Shown: positions 51,650 to 64,000 of the stretch, in pieces | Numbering within the stretch: position 1 is the first letter of the stretch | How the letters are laid out: every line of letters begins with the position of its first letter | Source: Heterodontus francisci | Lineage: Eukaryota | Assembly (NCBI RefSeq): GCF_036365525.1 | Contig: NC_090413.1 | Location: forward strand, 28,844,262-28,908,261 | Reading direction: 5' to 3' | Length of the DNA: 64,000 bases | Position numbers and translations under genes: made by a program | Notes under the pieces: generated by a model | The model's database searches: none | The model's input: only the letters and a program-made list of their open reading frames with translations | What the model was told of the DNA's origin: nothing

Positions 51650-52905
51650 AGGTTGGGCCTGTACTCTCTGGAATTTAGAAGAATGAGAGGTGATTTCATT
51701 TGATATCTACAAGATTTGTAGGGTGGAGTTTGACAGGGTAGTTGCTGAGAGCTTACTTCCTCTGAATGGAGAGTCCTGAAATAGTGGCCATAGGATAAGG
51801 GATCAATCACTTCAGACTGAAATAAGGAGGAATTTCTTCACTCGAAGGGTTGTGAATTTTCTAGATTCTCTACCCAAGATGGCTGTTGATGCTCAGTCAT
51901 TCAGTGTATTCAAGGCAGAGATAGAAAGATTTTTGGACCATGATTTTACCGCCTGACGGAATTCCTGATGTTGGGACGCAATGCGGGTTCTAAACCTGCG
52001 TAGGAGGGCATCGAGACCGTGACAGCAATTTTACCGGCAGCGGCCAATTAAGAGGCTGTCGCCAGGACTACCATTCAATTATGTTTGGCAGCCTGCCTTT
52101 CTGAGCTGCCAGCCGAATCAAAGGGCCAGTAATTCATCAGTAAAACTGATAGAGGTGGCCGCTGCTGAGAGTGTAAGGGGAAAGAGAGGGGTCGCCATAT
52201 CGAGGCACCCTCCCAGGGAAGTAGAAAATTTTATTTCTGTGTCGGAGCTGGGCTGGCAGGCCTGGGTGATTAGACTCCTCCAGTGGAGGCATTGGGGCCG
52301 GTGGACAACCAGTGCTGCTGGAAGCCCCCTCTTCAGGGTATAGAGCCTCAGGAAACCACGGTACCTACAACCCCCACCCTCCCCTTCCCATGGGAAACTG
52401 TTGCAAGGCTGCCTCAATGCAGCTGTTGGACTCCCCATGCGATGCTGTGCTGTTCCGACACCTGATGGCCGTTAATAGGCCAATTTATTGGCATAATTGA
52501 CTGTCCTCCTCCAATTGGCAGGCAGCCAAGCCACTGCCGTTCCTGCTGCTGAGAACAACCCATGGCAGTGGGAACACATCAGGATTCCCCCCTGACTCCT
52601 TTTGCTGCCATTTTACTACCCCTCCTGCCTCCAGCCCATCTCCAAAGCCCTGAGAAAACGCAAGCCCTGGACCTTAGAGGAATCATCGGAACAGAGGAGC
52701 AGGAGTCGGCCATTCAGCCCATCGAGCTGCTCCACCATTCAATACGATCATGGCTGATCATCCACTTCAATGCCTTTTTCCCCACACTATCTCCATATCC
52801 TTTTATTTCATTGGTGTTTAGAAATCTGTCAATCTCTGCTTTAAACATACTCAATGTCTGAGCTTCCACACCCCTCTTGGGTAGAGAATTCTAAAGATTC
52901 ACAAA
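51650..52905. mobile_element. CR1 3' fragments with an old GC-rich MITE-like insert (~51940-52670), specific to the gene B D2-D3 intron
   Basis: CR1 tail motifs; no counterpart in the gene A intron 3490-3595. Confidence 0.6.
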
Positions 52906-53094
52906 ATGAGAAAACTGCATATTTGAGGTGGGTCCAAGATGAACAATTTCTATCCAACACATTTTGTGTTATGGATAAAACAGGAGCTAAATCAGAAGAT
53001 TCCCTAAATTGCTTCCCACTGTTTATTCTCGACAAATTATAGATAATTAACCCATTCTTAAAAAGAGAACATTTCTTGTTCAAGTGGAACTTAC

Positions 53095-53409
53095 AGTAAG
53101 TTTGCAGAGTCACAGAGGAGTTTGTGATTGGTTTTGTGGTGTTTGAGCCCAAGTCCACCTCTGCCAAGCAGGTGTACTCCTGTCCATCACCTGACATACT
53201 TGCAGTGAATTGGAAGATGTTCCTCAATCTTTTATCATCATCCGGGAAACCTTCTTCTCCTGTGAAATTCCTCTGAACAATCTCACTCCCTCTCAGCCAT
53301 GTGAGTTTGAGTTTATTGTTTGGATAGACCCTCGGACCAATACACTCCAGACTATATGTCTTGTTAACTTCCAGCACTTCAGGAGGTGATGTAATGTTTA
53401 ACTCTCGAT
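53095..53409 (-). CDS. Gene B Ig domain 2 exon
   Basis: 315 nt, same splice sites as 3782-4096; 3 aa differences. Confidence 0.92.
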
Positions 53410-53974
53410 CTGTTAAAAGAAGTTAACAGGAATCATTGAAACAATATGTATCTGAACACAACCAGTTTACTCCTCTTTCCCCTCAACATATGTACATTTC
53501 ACTCAGCAAGTAAAATCATCCATGTGTGCAGTAAAAGTTATTCCAAAAAAATGCCTGTGGTCCAACAAGCCCCATTAATGATTTTTCAGCGATTCTCTTC
53601 AATCTACACGAAACCAGCAGCATTTTTCTCAGATCCCAATTAAAAGCACTGAAATTAGCACGAATAGTTTAATATTTTAGTCATTTCCCTCAGACAACAG
53701 AATGATACAGCAGTGTAGTGCTGTAAAACTCTATGACTCTATGAGAAGGAGGCTATTCTGCCCATCCTGCCTGTGCTGGTCCTCTGTACAACCATCCAAT
53801 CAATTCCACTCCCCTGCTCTGTCCCCTTAAAACTCTTCCCCTCAAGCATCTATCCAATTCTCCTTTGCAAGCCACCATTGAATCTTGGTTGCGGAATATT
53901 CTAGTTGAGTTTTCCAGTTCAGGTGTTTACCATGAACCTCAATATAGGCCTTCGACCAGTAAAATACAGGATTC

Positions 53975-54990
53975 ACTGTGGCAACTCACCAAGGCTTCTT
54001 AAACAGTGCCACGACCTCTACCACCGGGAAGGACGAGGGCAGTAGGTGCATGGGAACACCACCACCTGCAAGTTCCCCTCCAAGTCGCACACCATCCTGA
54101 CTTGGAACTATATCACCGCTCCTTCGTAATTGCTGGAACTGTCAAAATGCTGGCCCTCCCTCCCTAACAGCAATGTGGGAGTGCCTCCACCACACAAAAT
54201 ACAATGATTCAAGAAGGCGACTCAGCACCACCACCTCCTACCCTATGTCACCTGCTCCTGAGATCCCCAACATCACATATGCTAGTTTTCAGCCATTTTG
54301 ATTCAATCCATATGATATTAAGAAATGGCTGAAGGCACTGGATACTGCAAAGGCTATGAGTCCTGACAACATTCCGGCTGTAATACTGAAGACTTGTGCT
54401 GCAGAACGAGCCGTGGCCCCAGCCAAAGTGTTCCAGTACTGCTACAACATTGACATCTCCACAACAATTTGGAAAATTGCCCAGGTATTGTCCACAGAAA
54501 GCAGGACAAATCCAATCCGGCCAATTACTGCCCCATCAGTCTACTCTCAATGAGCAGTAAAGTGATACAAGCTGTATTTGACAACGCGAGAGAGTGGCAC
54601 TTACTCACCAATAACCTGCTCAGTTTGGATTCTGCCGGGACTGTTCATCTCCAAACCTCATTATAACCTTTATCCAAACGTGGGCAAAAGAGCCAAATTC
54701 TAGAGGTGAGTTGAGAGTGACTGCTCTTGACATCAAGGCAGCATTTGACCATGTTTGCCATTAAGGAGCCCTCTTAATATTGAAGTTAATGGGAATTGGG
54801 GGAATATTCTCCACCAGCTGGAGTCATACCTTACATACGAACATACGAACTAGGAGCAGGAGTAGGCCACTCGGCCCCTCGAGCCAGCTCCAGTATTCAA
54901 CAAGATCACGGCTGACCTGATTGCAGAAAGGAAGATGGTTGTGGTTGTTGGAGACCTATTATCTCAGCCCCAGGACATCACTGCAGGAAT
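53975..54990 (+). mobile_element. Rearranged family-B LINE fragments
   Basis: 3' end fragment followed by an RT-upstream region (KAMSPDNIPAVILKTCA, DKSNPANYCPISLLS). Confidence 0.75.
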
Positions 54991-55189
54991 TAAAAGCTAG
55001 TCTAATGCCGTCCTTACCTGGTCTGGCCTACATGTGATTCCAGACCCACAGCAATGTGTTTGATTCTTAAAATGCCCTCTGAAATGGCCTAGCAAGCCAC
55101 TCAGTTCAAGGGCAATTAGGGATGGGCAATAAATGCTGGCTTAGCCAGTGACACCCACATCCCACAAACGAATAAAAAAAAGCCATACC

Positions 55190-57930
55190 GTTCAACAAAC
55201 TCTTTAAACTCTGTGGAGGTGAATTAAGTTCCATTATCATCTATCACCCTTTCCAGGATCCCTTGTTCAACAAACAGGACTCGTACTACTGTGGTGATTG
55301 TTGCATTTCTCAAATCTTTTACCTCGCTGATTTATGAATAGTAATCTCCTACTATAAGGTACCATTCTTAGTTGTGCGTGAATAAGTCAGCTCCCAGTAT
55401 ACCATGTTCTGGGAAGTATCTCACTAGCCATCATCTCTTTTTTGAGCTGGGTATTTCTATACATCTGGCACACATGCATGTAGATACCATTTTTCAATGT
55501 CCTTGTAGATGCCTATCTGACTCTAAGCTTACACTTCTCCATTCCCATGCGGCCTTCATGTGTCTTCTGGAGAAGTTCTCTCTGCATTGTTTTGGGTAGA
55601 ATGATTCTGGATCCAGCCATCTGAACACTGTCTTCTAGTGAGATGTCATCTCTGATTAACCAATACTGCTGTATTCCTGGATGTGTTTGATGCATCTTAT
55701 CTGGCCATCCCTGAATCACTTGCTAAGAGAGCATCTTAACTCTTCATCTTTACTGGTCTCATCTCTGTTTGACTCAATTTTGGTGATGTCACATTCACTA
55801 GGTGTGATGTATCTTTATACCTAGATCTTTTCCCTTGTGTTTCTCACGTGGCAACAGACGAGATAGATATTTACCAGCACCATTTATCTTCCTGGCTTGT
55901 ATTTCAGGATGAAATCATAACTCTGAAGCCTCGAGAACACCTTTGTAGTCTTGCTGATACTCCCACACAGACTTTTCTTGCAGATACGTTTTAGTGGACG
56001 ATGATCACTCCCCACTATGAATCTTTTTTCGTAGGGTTATGTATGAAATTTCTTGCATCCTCAGATCACTGCCAAAAGCTCTCTTTCTATGCTAACATAT
56101 CTGATGCTATCAGCTTTGGATGCTATCAGCTTTCCTTCTTGTACCAGGGCTGCTCCCTTTCCTTTTGTAGAAGCATCTACTTGCAGAGTGATGGGTTTGC
56201 TGTGTTGTCGTGTGACCAACTTGTCTCCTTGGATATTACTCCTTTGCGTTTACTGAAACTCCTCTCATGTGACTCTGACTATTGGTACTCAACATCTTTC
56301 ATCAGCTCTTGTAGGTTTGCTGTGTGCTCTGGCATGTGAGGGATGAAAGAGTTTATGTACTGGATCAAGGCAAGCAAACTCCTCAGCTCTCTCTTGTCTT
56401 GGAGCTTCCATCTCAGAGATAGTTGTGACTTTTTCAGGACTCAGCTTGACTCCATCAGGTGTGTACACCATTCCAAAGAACTGGCATTCTGTCACCTTTA
56501 CAATGCATTTGTTTGCTTGATCCCAGCTTTTCTGGTTCTCTCCATGGCTTCATGTAGGTGGTAGTTGTGGTCTTTCTCATCTACACCATCAACCGGGGTA
56601 TCATCAGGTATGCCGATTGCTCCTTTGCATCTCCTGTGTGTCTCATCTAATTTCTTCTGGAACACATCCTGGCTCACTTTAAGGCCAAAAGGTAGATGCA
56701 GGAATTTGTACCGTCCAAAGAGTGTGTTGAATGTTGTCAACACCGAAGGGTCCTCACCAGGCTTCACATTCCAGTAGCTGTTTCTGGCATCAAGCTTGCT
56801 GAAAACTTTTGCCCCTGCCAGTGCTGGTATGATCTCTTCCAGTGTTGGAGAAGAGTAGTGATTCCTCTATATTGCTTGATGAAGATCGTTGGGAGCCAGA
56901 CAAACTCGTAGCTATCCATTTGGCTTCTTTTTCACCATGATGGAATTTACCCAATCTGTCGGCTCTGTGACTCTGGCAATCACTTTATTTTTTTCCATCT
57001 CTGATGTTCTCTTTCAAGCTTTCCTTTTAGCTCTATTGGTAATTTACGTGGGGGTGAATCACTGGTTTCTTCTCTGGGTCAATGTGATGTGATACTCAAA
57101 GTCTTCAAAGCATCCAAGCGTCTCACCAAAACACTCTGGATGCAGTTGGACCAGATCTTCCTTGCTTCTGATCGGAGGGTGCTTTTCAATGGGTGTACTA
57201 CCTTCAACCTTCATTGATGCCTCCTTCATCTTACAGTTTACCAAGATCAGCTGCAGCTCTTGGCAACTGTTTAACCCCAGGATAGCTGAACCATCCGTTT
57301 CAGTGACGTAGAATATACAGTTACCGTATTTTCCTTTGTGCATCCCTCTGATTTGGGTCATTCCCAGGTTGAATCTCAGTTTTTAGTTTTAGTTTTAGAG
57401 ATACAGCACTGAAACAGGCCCTTCGGCCCACCGAGTCTGTGCCGACCCTCAACCACCCATTTATACTAATCCTACACTAATCCCATATTCCTACCACATC
57501 CCCACCTGTCCCTATATTTCCCTACCACCTACCTATACTAGGGGCAATTGCTAATGGCCAATTTACCTCTCAACCTGCAAGTCTTTGGCATGTGGGAGGA
57601 AACCGGAGCACCCGGAGAAAACCTACGCAGACACAGGGAGAACTTGCAAACTCCACATAGGTGGTACCCAGAATTGAACCCGGGTCGCTGGAGCTGTGAG
57701 GCTGCGGTGCTAACCACTGCGCCACTGTGCCGCCCATCATAGACTGTCAGCATGGTGTTTCTCGGTTTCAGAGCATCTTTATTTCGGTAACCATTCTCTT
57801 TCAAATTTTCAGGAAGCATCTTCTGGTAGAGTCTGAGCAGGGTAATGTTACTCAGTGTTCCAGGATCAAGGTTCAGCTTCAGGTTTATGTTTATGGGCTT
57901 ACCTCTCACCTTCTTCCTGATCCATAACAT
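55190..57930 (-). mobile_element. Decayed Gypsy/Ty3 pol (protease-RT-RNaseH-integrase N-terminus)
   Basis: TTFNTLFGRYKFLHLPFGLKVSQDVFQ (RT), IILPKTMQRELLQKTHEGRMGMEKCK (integrase Zn region), AILGLNSCQELQLI (protease). Confidence 0.85.
57380..57735 (-). mobile_element. Full-length HE1-like SINE
   Basis: tRNA-like head gggcggcacagtggcgcagtggttagc...gggttcaattct; (CTAAAA)n tail. Confidence 0.88.
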
Positions 57931-57934
57931 TCAC

Positions 57935-60900
57935 GGCACACAAGTGCCAGGAAATATCATCTCAAACAAGAGGGAATCTAACCATCTCCCCTTGATGCTC
58001 AATGGCATTACCATCACTGAATCCCCCACTGTCAACATCCTGGGGGTTATCATTGACCAGAAACTGAACTGGACCAGCCACATAAATAATGTGGCTACAA
58101 GAGCATGTCAGAGGCTGGAAATTCTGCTGCGAGTAACTCACCACCTGTCTGCTCAATGCCTGTCATAGGAAGATAGGAACAGGAGTAGGCCATTCAGCCC
58201 CTCAAGCCTGTCCCGCCATTCAATGAGATCATGGCTTATCCGCAGCCTTACTCCGTATCCCTGCCTTTTGCCCATATCCCTTAATATCTTTGCTTAACAA
58301 AAATCTATCTATCTCAGATTTAAAATTAACAACTTTTCGAGCTTCAACTGCTGTTTGTGGGAGAGAGTTCCAAACCTCTACCACCCTGTGCATGAAGAAG
58401 TGCTTCCTAACATCTCTCCTGAATGGTCTGGTCCTACTTTTTAGACTATGCCCCTGTCCACCATCTACAAGGCACAAGTCAGGAGTGTGATGGAATACTC
58501 TCCACTTGCCTGGATGGCTGCAGCTCCAATAACACTCAAGAAGCTCAACACAATCCAAGACAAAGCAGCCTGCTTGATTGGCACCCCATCCACCACCTTC
58601 AATATTCAGTCCCTTCAGCATCGACACACAGTGGCAACAGTGTGTACCATCTATAAGATGCACCAAGGCTTCTTCAGCAGGGCCTTCCAAACCTGTGACC
58701 TCCACCACCTAGAAGCACAAGGGCAACAGATGCACAGGAACACCACCACCTGCAAGTTCCCCTCCAAGACACGCAACATCCTGACTTGGAACAATATCGT
58801 CGTCACTGGCTCAAAATCCTGGAACTCCCTTCCTAACAGCAGTGTGGGTATACTTACACTCCAAGGACTAGAACAGTGCACTATATGGAGCCTCAAAAGA
58901 GCTGATCTACCAGCCTTTCATCTGTGTCCTTGAATTTACACTTTCTGGCTACGTTTCTCAATCTCATTAAGATATTGTTAATAGGCTTACCTAGTCATAG
59001 AGTCATTGAGTTATACAGTACAAAAACAGGCCCTTCCGCCCATCATGTCTGTGTCGGCAATCAAGCACCCAACTATTCTAATCCCATTTTCCAGCACTTG
59101 GCCCGTAGCCTTGTATGCTATGGCATTTCAAGTGCTCATCTAAATACTGTGTTGTGAGGGTTCCTGCCTCTACCACCTCTTCAGGCAGTGCGTTCCAGAT
59201 TCCAACCACCCTCTGGGTGAATTTCGTTTCCTCAAATCCCCTCTAAACCTCCTGCCCCTTACCTTAAATATATGCCCCCTTGTTATTGACCCCTCCGCTA
59301 AGGGAAAAGTTTCTTCTGATCTAACCTATCAATGCCCCTCATAATTTTGTATACCTCAGTCATGTCCCCCCTCAGCCTTCTCTGCTCTAAGGAAAACAAC
59401 CCTAGACTTTTTAGTCTGTCTTCATAGCTGAAATGCTCCAACCCAGGCAACATCATGGTTAATCTCCTCTACACCCTTTCCAGTGCAATCACATCCTTCC
59501 TATAGTGTGGTGCCCAGAACTGTACACAGTACTCCAGCTGTGGCCTAACTAGTGTTTTATACAGCTCCATCATAACCTCCCTGCTCTTATATTCTATGCC
59601 TTGGCTAATAAAAGCATGTATCCCATATGCCTTCCTAACACCTTATCTACCTAAGCTGCTGCCTTCAGTGATTTATGGACAAGTACACCAAGGTCCCTCT
59701 GACCCTCTGTACAACCATTGTATATTCCCTTGTCTTGTTAGTTCTCCCAAAATGCTCACACTTCTCAGGATTAAATTCCATTTGCCACTGCTCTGCCCAT
59801 CTTACCAGCCCATCTATATCGTCCTGGAGTCTAAGGCTTTCATCCTCAATATTTACGACACCACCAATTTTTGTGTCATCTGCGAACTTACTGATCATAC
59901 CTCCTATATTCACATCTAAATCATTAATGTTGTGGAACCTTGTTCCTGTCTCAGGCTCTGAAATTCATAACAGTGGATCCGATGGTTTGACTTTGGCTGA
60001 ACACAAGGGTGATAGGTAAATTGGCCATTATAAATTGTCACTAGTATAGGTAGGTGGTAGGGTGGTAGGGAAATATAGGGACGGTGGGGATGTTTGGTAG
60101 GAATATGGGATTAGTGTAGGATTAGTATAAATGGGTGGTTGATGTTCGGCACAGACTCGGTGGGCCGAAGGGCCTGTTTCAGTGCTGTATCTCTAATCTA
60201 ATCTAAAAACACAAAAAATAGAAGCAGAAGTAGACCATTTGGCCCATCGAGCCTGCTCCACCATTCAACATGATCATGGCTGACCTTGGGCTTTAACTCC
60301 ACTTTCTTGCCCGCTCCCCATATCCCTTGATTCCCTATGAGACCAAAAACCTATCTATTCCAGCCTTAAATGCGCTGTAATGTTCTAATGTTCTAATAAA
60401 TGGAATAGTGTAGGTCAGATGGTCGGCGCAACATCGAGGGCCGAAGGGCCTGTACTGCGCTGTAATGTTCTAAATGTATTCAACAAAAATGAAGCATCCA
60501 CAACCGTCCAGGGTAGGGAATTCCAAAGATTCACAACCCTTTGAGTGAAGTAATTTCTCCTCATCTCAGTCCTGAATGATTGGCCCCTTATCCTGAGACT
60601 GTGCCCCCACATTCTAGATTCCCCAACCAGCAGAAACAATCTCTCAGCTTCTACCTTATCAAGCCCTTTCAGAAACCTGTATATCTCAATTCGATCGCCT
60701 CTCATTCTTCTAAACCCCAGAGAATATTGGTCCAGTTTAATCAGCCTCTTATCATAGGACAACCCCCTCATCCCAGGGACCAATTCAGTAAATCTTCGCT
60801 GCACCACCTCCTGTGCAAGCATATCCTTTCTTAAATGTGGAGACCAAAACTGCACACAGTATTCCATGTGCAGTCTCACCAAAGCCCTGTACAATTTTAG

Positions 60901-62810
60901 TAAGACTTCTTTCTTCCTGTACTCCAATCCCCTTGCAATAAAGGCCAACATGCATTTGTCTTCCAAATAGCCTGCTGCACCTGCATGTTAACTTTGTGTG
61001 TTCCTTGTACGAGTACCCCCAAGTCTCGCTGAACATCAACACTTACCAGTTTCACACCTTTAAAAACTAAAAACAGAGAACAGTACAGCACAGGAACAGG
61101 CCATTCGGCCCTCCAAGCCTGCACCAATCTTGATGCCTGCCGAAACTAAAACCTTCTGCATTTCCAGGACCGTGTCCCTCTATTCCCTTCCTATTCATGT
61201 ATTTGTCAAGATGCCTCTTAAACGTCGCTATCGTACCTGCTTCCACCACCTCCCCCGACAGCAAGTTCCAGGCACTCACCACCCTCTGTGTAAAGAACTT
61301 GCCTTGCACATCCCCTCTAAACTTTGCCCCTCGCACCTTAAACCTATGTCCCCTAGTAACTGACTCTTCCACCCTGGGAAAAAGCTTCTGACTATCCACT
61401 CTGTCCATGCCGCTCATAACTTTGTAAACCTCTATCATGTCGCCCCTCCACCTCCGTCGTTCCAGTGAAAACAATCCGAGTTTATCCAACCTCTCCTCAT
61501 AGCTGATGCCCTCCAGACCAGGCAACATCCTGGTAAACCTCTTCTGTACCCTCTCCAAAGCCTCCACGTCCTTCTGGTAGTGTGGCGACCAGAACTGCAC
61601 ACAATATTCTAAGTGTGGCCTAACTAAGGTTCTGTACAGCTGCAGCATAACTTGTCAATTTTTATACTCTATGCCCCGACCGATGAAGGCAAGCATGCTG
61701 TATGCCTTCTTGACTACCTTATCCACCTGCGTTGCCACTTTCAGTGACCTGTGGACCTGTACGCCCAGATCTCTCTGCCTGTCAATACTCCTAAGGGTTC
61801 TGCCATTTACTGTATACTTCCCACCCGCACTAGATCTTCCAAAATGCATTACGTCACACTTGTCTGGATTAAACTCCATCTGCCATTTCTCCACCCAAAT
61901 CTCCAACCGATCTATATCCTGCTGTATCCTCTGACAATCCTCATCACTATCCGCAACTCCATGAACCTTTGTGTCGTCCGCAAACTTACTAATCAGACCA
62001 GCTACATTTTCCTCCAAATCATTTATATATACTGCAAACAGCAAAGGTCCCAGCACTGGTCCCTGCAAAACACCACAAGTCACAGCCCTCCATTCAGAAA
62101 AGTACCCATCCACTGCTACCCTCTGCCTATGACAGAGCCAGTTCTGTATCAATCTTGCCAGCTCATCTCTGATCCTGTGTGACTTCACCTTTTGTACCAG
62201 TCTGACATGAGGTTTCTTGTCAAAGGCTTTACTGAAGTCCATACAGACAACATCCACTGCCCTTCCTTCGTCAATCATCTTCGTCACTTCCTCAAAAAAC
62301 TCAATCAAGTTAGTGAGACACGACCTCCCCTTCACAAAACATGCTGCCTCTCGCTAATAAGTTCATTTGTTTCCAAATGGGAGTAAATCCTGTCCCGAAG
62401 AATCCTCTCTAATAATTTCCCCACCACTGACGGAAGCCTATAATTTCCTGGATTATCCTTGCTACCCTTCTTAAACAAAGGAACAACATTGGCTATTCTG
62501 CGGTCCTCTGGGACCTCACCTGTAGCCAATGAGGATACAAAGATTTCTGTCAGGCCCCAGCAATTTCTTCCCTTGCCTCCCTCAGTATTCTGGGGTAGAT
62601 CCCATCAGGCACTGGGGACTTATCCACCTGAATGCTTTGCAAGACACCCAACACCTCCTCCTTTTTCATAACGACATGACCGAGACTATCTACACTCCCT
62701 TCCCTACACTGTCCTGCTTCTCTATTTTTATGACCAAAGTGAACAACTTCACACTTCCCTACATTATACTCTATTTGCCATCTTGTTGCCCACTCACTTA
62801 ACCTGTCTAT
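57935..62810. mobile_element. Stack of CR1 fragments (58165-58450, 58995-59925, 60215-61060, 61075-62810; all -), family-B LINE pieces and an HE1 3' part (~60005-60210 +)
   Basis: RT motifs (MDFSKAFDK, KFADDTK, RPHLEYCVQFWSP) and several independent 3' tails. Confidence 0.88.
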
Positions 62811-63258
62811 GTACTGAAGATATGTGCTGAATTTCTCAAAAATCTTGTCCCAGTTTTTACTACCATTCTCATTCATTTCCCAGCTATTGAAAAGATCTTA
62901 TCCTTTCTCCCCTGTCCACAGAAGGCTGTAGCTGACCTTTTCCTCTTTCTGGGGCCTTTCAGAAAACTACTGAATGTCAATTTGCACTTTTACTTAAACT
63001 TTTCGAATGCTTCCACAACGTCATTGGCCTCCCATTTGAACACAGGCTGGAACTGTGTGTTCATTGCTGTGGCAGCGGCTGACTTGTTTTACACACGATT
63101 TACACTTTTGTTTTCTGGTACTACCCGTTTCCCACCAGTGCAGTTCAGTACCTCACCTAATACACTGCAGTACTATTCATAGTCTAAAATATTTCACACT
63201 GCCTTCCACCCTACTTAAGATTCTGCAATCAACTGTTAGAACAAGAGTTTTCACTTAC

Positions 63259-63534
63259 TGTATACTGTGACCACCTTTTTCTCCTCCTTCAGCTGACGAC
63301 CGTCTGATTTACAGATTACACTGCATGGTGCTGCAAAATCCCATTTCTGCACACTCGGGAAATAATCTGTGGACCAGTTAGTGCCATTTCTTCTGTTTGG
63401 ATGTATCCCTGATTTATATTCCACTGTCATTATCGGTTCTGCACATGTTGTACTGCAGTTCACCTCTAAAGAGTCTCCAAATTCCACAGCTGAGGGGTTT
63501 GTGTCAATCCAAACCTCAAATCCAGTTACACTTG
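63259..63534 (-). CDS. Gene B Ig domain 1 exon (ICAM-type)
   Basis: ctgacag|CA...A|gtaagt, 276 nt; FEVWIDTNPSAVEFGDSLEVNCSTTCAEPIMTVEY...CSVICKSDGRQ...VTVY, close to human ICAM-2 D1 as recalled (FEVHV...AVEPKGSLEVNCSTTCNQP...LE). Confidence 0.93.
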
Positions 63535-63684
63535 CTGTCAGGGAAAAAACTCACAGTAAACATGGGATATGGAATCCATTCAATATAGGACCTGTTAAGA
63601 GTAACTCCCTGAAATAATAGCACATTTCTAATTAACCCAATAGGCAGGTTGCTTTTTGAAAGCAAGACACATATTCTGTGCAAT

Positions 63685-64000
63685 TCATAGAACCATAGAA
63701 ATTTACAGTACAGATGGAGGCCATTCAGCCCATCGAGTCCATGCCAAGCGAAAAAGAGCTATCCTGCTTAATCCCACATTCCTGCTCTTGGTCCGTAGCC
63801 CTGTAGATTACGGCACTTCAATTGCATCTGTGATGAGGGGTTTTGCCTCTACCACCCTATTGGGCAGAGATTTCCAATCCCCCCACATCCTCTGGCGAAA
63901 GGATTTCTCCTCAACTCCTCTCTAAACCTGCTACCAATCACTTTAAATCTATCCCCCTGATAATTGTTTCTCTGCTCAGTGAAATAGGCCCTTCCTATCC
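63685..64000 (-). mobile_element. CR1 3' end fragment
   Basis: catagaaccatagaa tail; ggaggccattcagccc; cctctaccaccct. Confidence 0.75.

Noticed and set aside
1375-53409. A/B similarity as a false haplotype duplication
   Set aside because: D1 is ~40% divergent, and the introns carry old paralog-specific insertions and diverged patches
63-62876. Many long ORFs with RT/endonuclease motifs or HHHLLKGN endings as host genes
   Set aside because: Fragments of multi-copy LINE/LTR elements with stops and frameshifts
1346-63487. Antigen-receptor (Ig/TCR/NAR) segments
   Set aside because: Spliced I/C2-set exons, no RSS noticed, ICAM-type cysteine pattern
19848-63534. Assigning VCAM1, MADCAM1 or a specific ICAM symbol
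   Set aside because: No IDS/LDT motif or mucin exon; domain count fits no mammalian member; orthology needs phylogeny and synteny

Overview
Vertebrate genomic DNA, almost certainly from a cartilaginous fish (shark/ray), judged from HE1-like and Deu-domain SINEs and dense CR1/L2 LINEs. Most of the window is transposon debris, and nearly all ORFs in the track are LINE or LTR fragments. The real genes are two tandem minus-strand ICAM/VCAM-family Ig-superfamily adhesion genes built from phase-1 exons. Upstream gene B has D1 63259-63534, D2 53095-53409, D3 50479-50772, D4 47236-47517, D5 44466-44711, D6 43796-44077 and TM+tail 39390-39577; its leader exon lies beyond the window. Downstream gene A has a probable leader at 25897-25963, D1 19848-20129, D2 3782-4096, D3 2298-2591 and D4 1375-1656; the rest lies beyond the window. 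Main observations: (1) the integrin-binding D1 domains are only ~60% identical while D2-D4 are 97-99% identical in exon-centred patches, a gene-conversion mosaic that homogenises the stalk but spares the ligand-binding tip; (2) gene B has six Ig domains with mixed ICAM/VCAM features and an ICAM-3-like ERM-binding tail; (3) the proximal promoter of gene A carries TTTCCGGGAAA, the same sequence as the human ICAM1 IFN-gamma/STAT element; (4) an intact minimal hammerhead ribozyme from a Penelope-like element lies sense-oriented in the D1-D2 intron of gene A. All alignments and identity counts were made by eye, and repeat boundaries are approximate.
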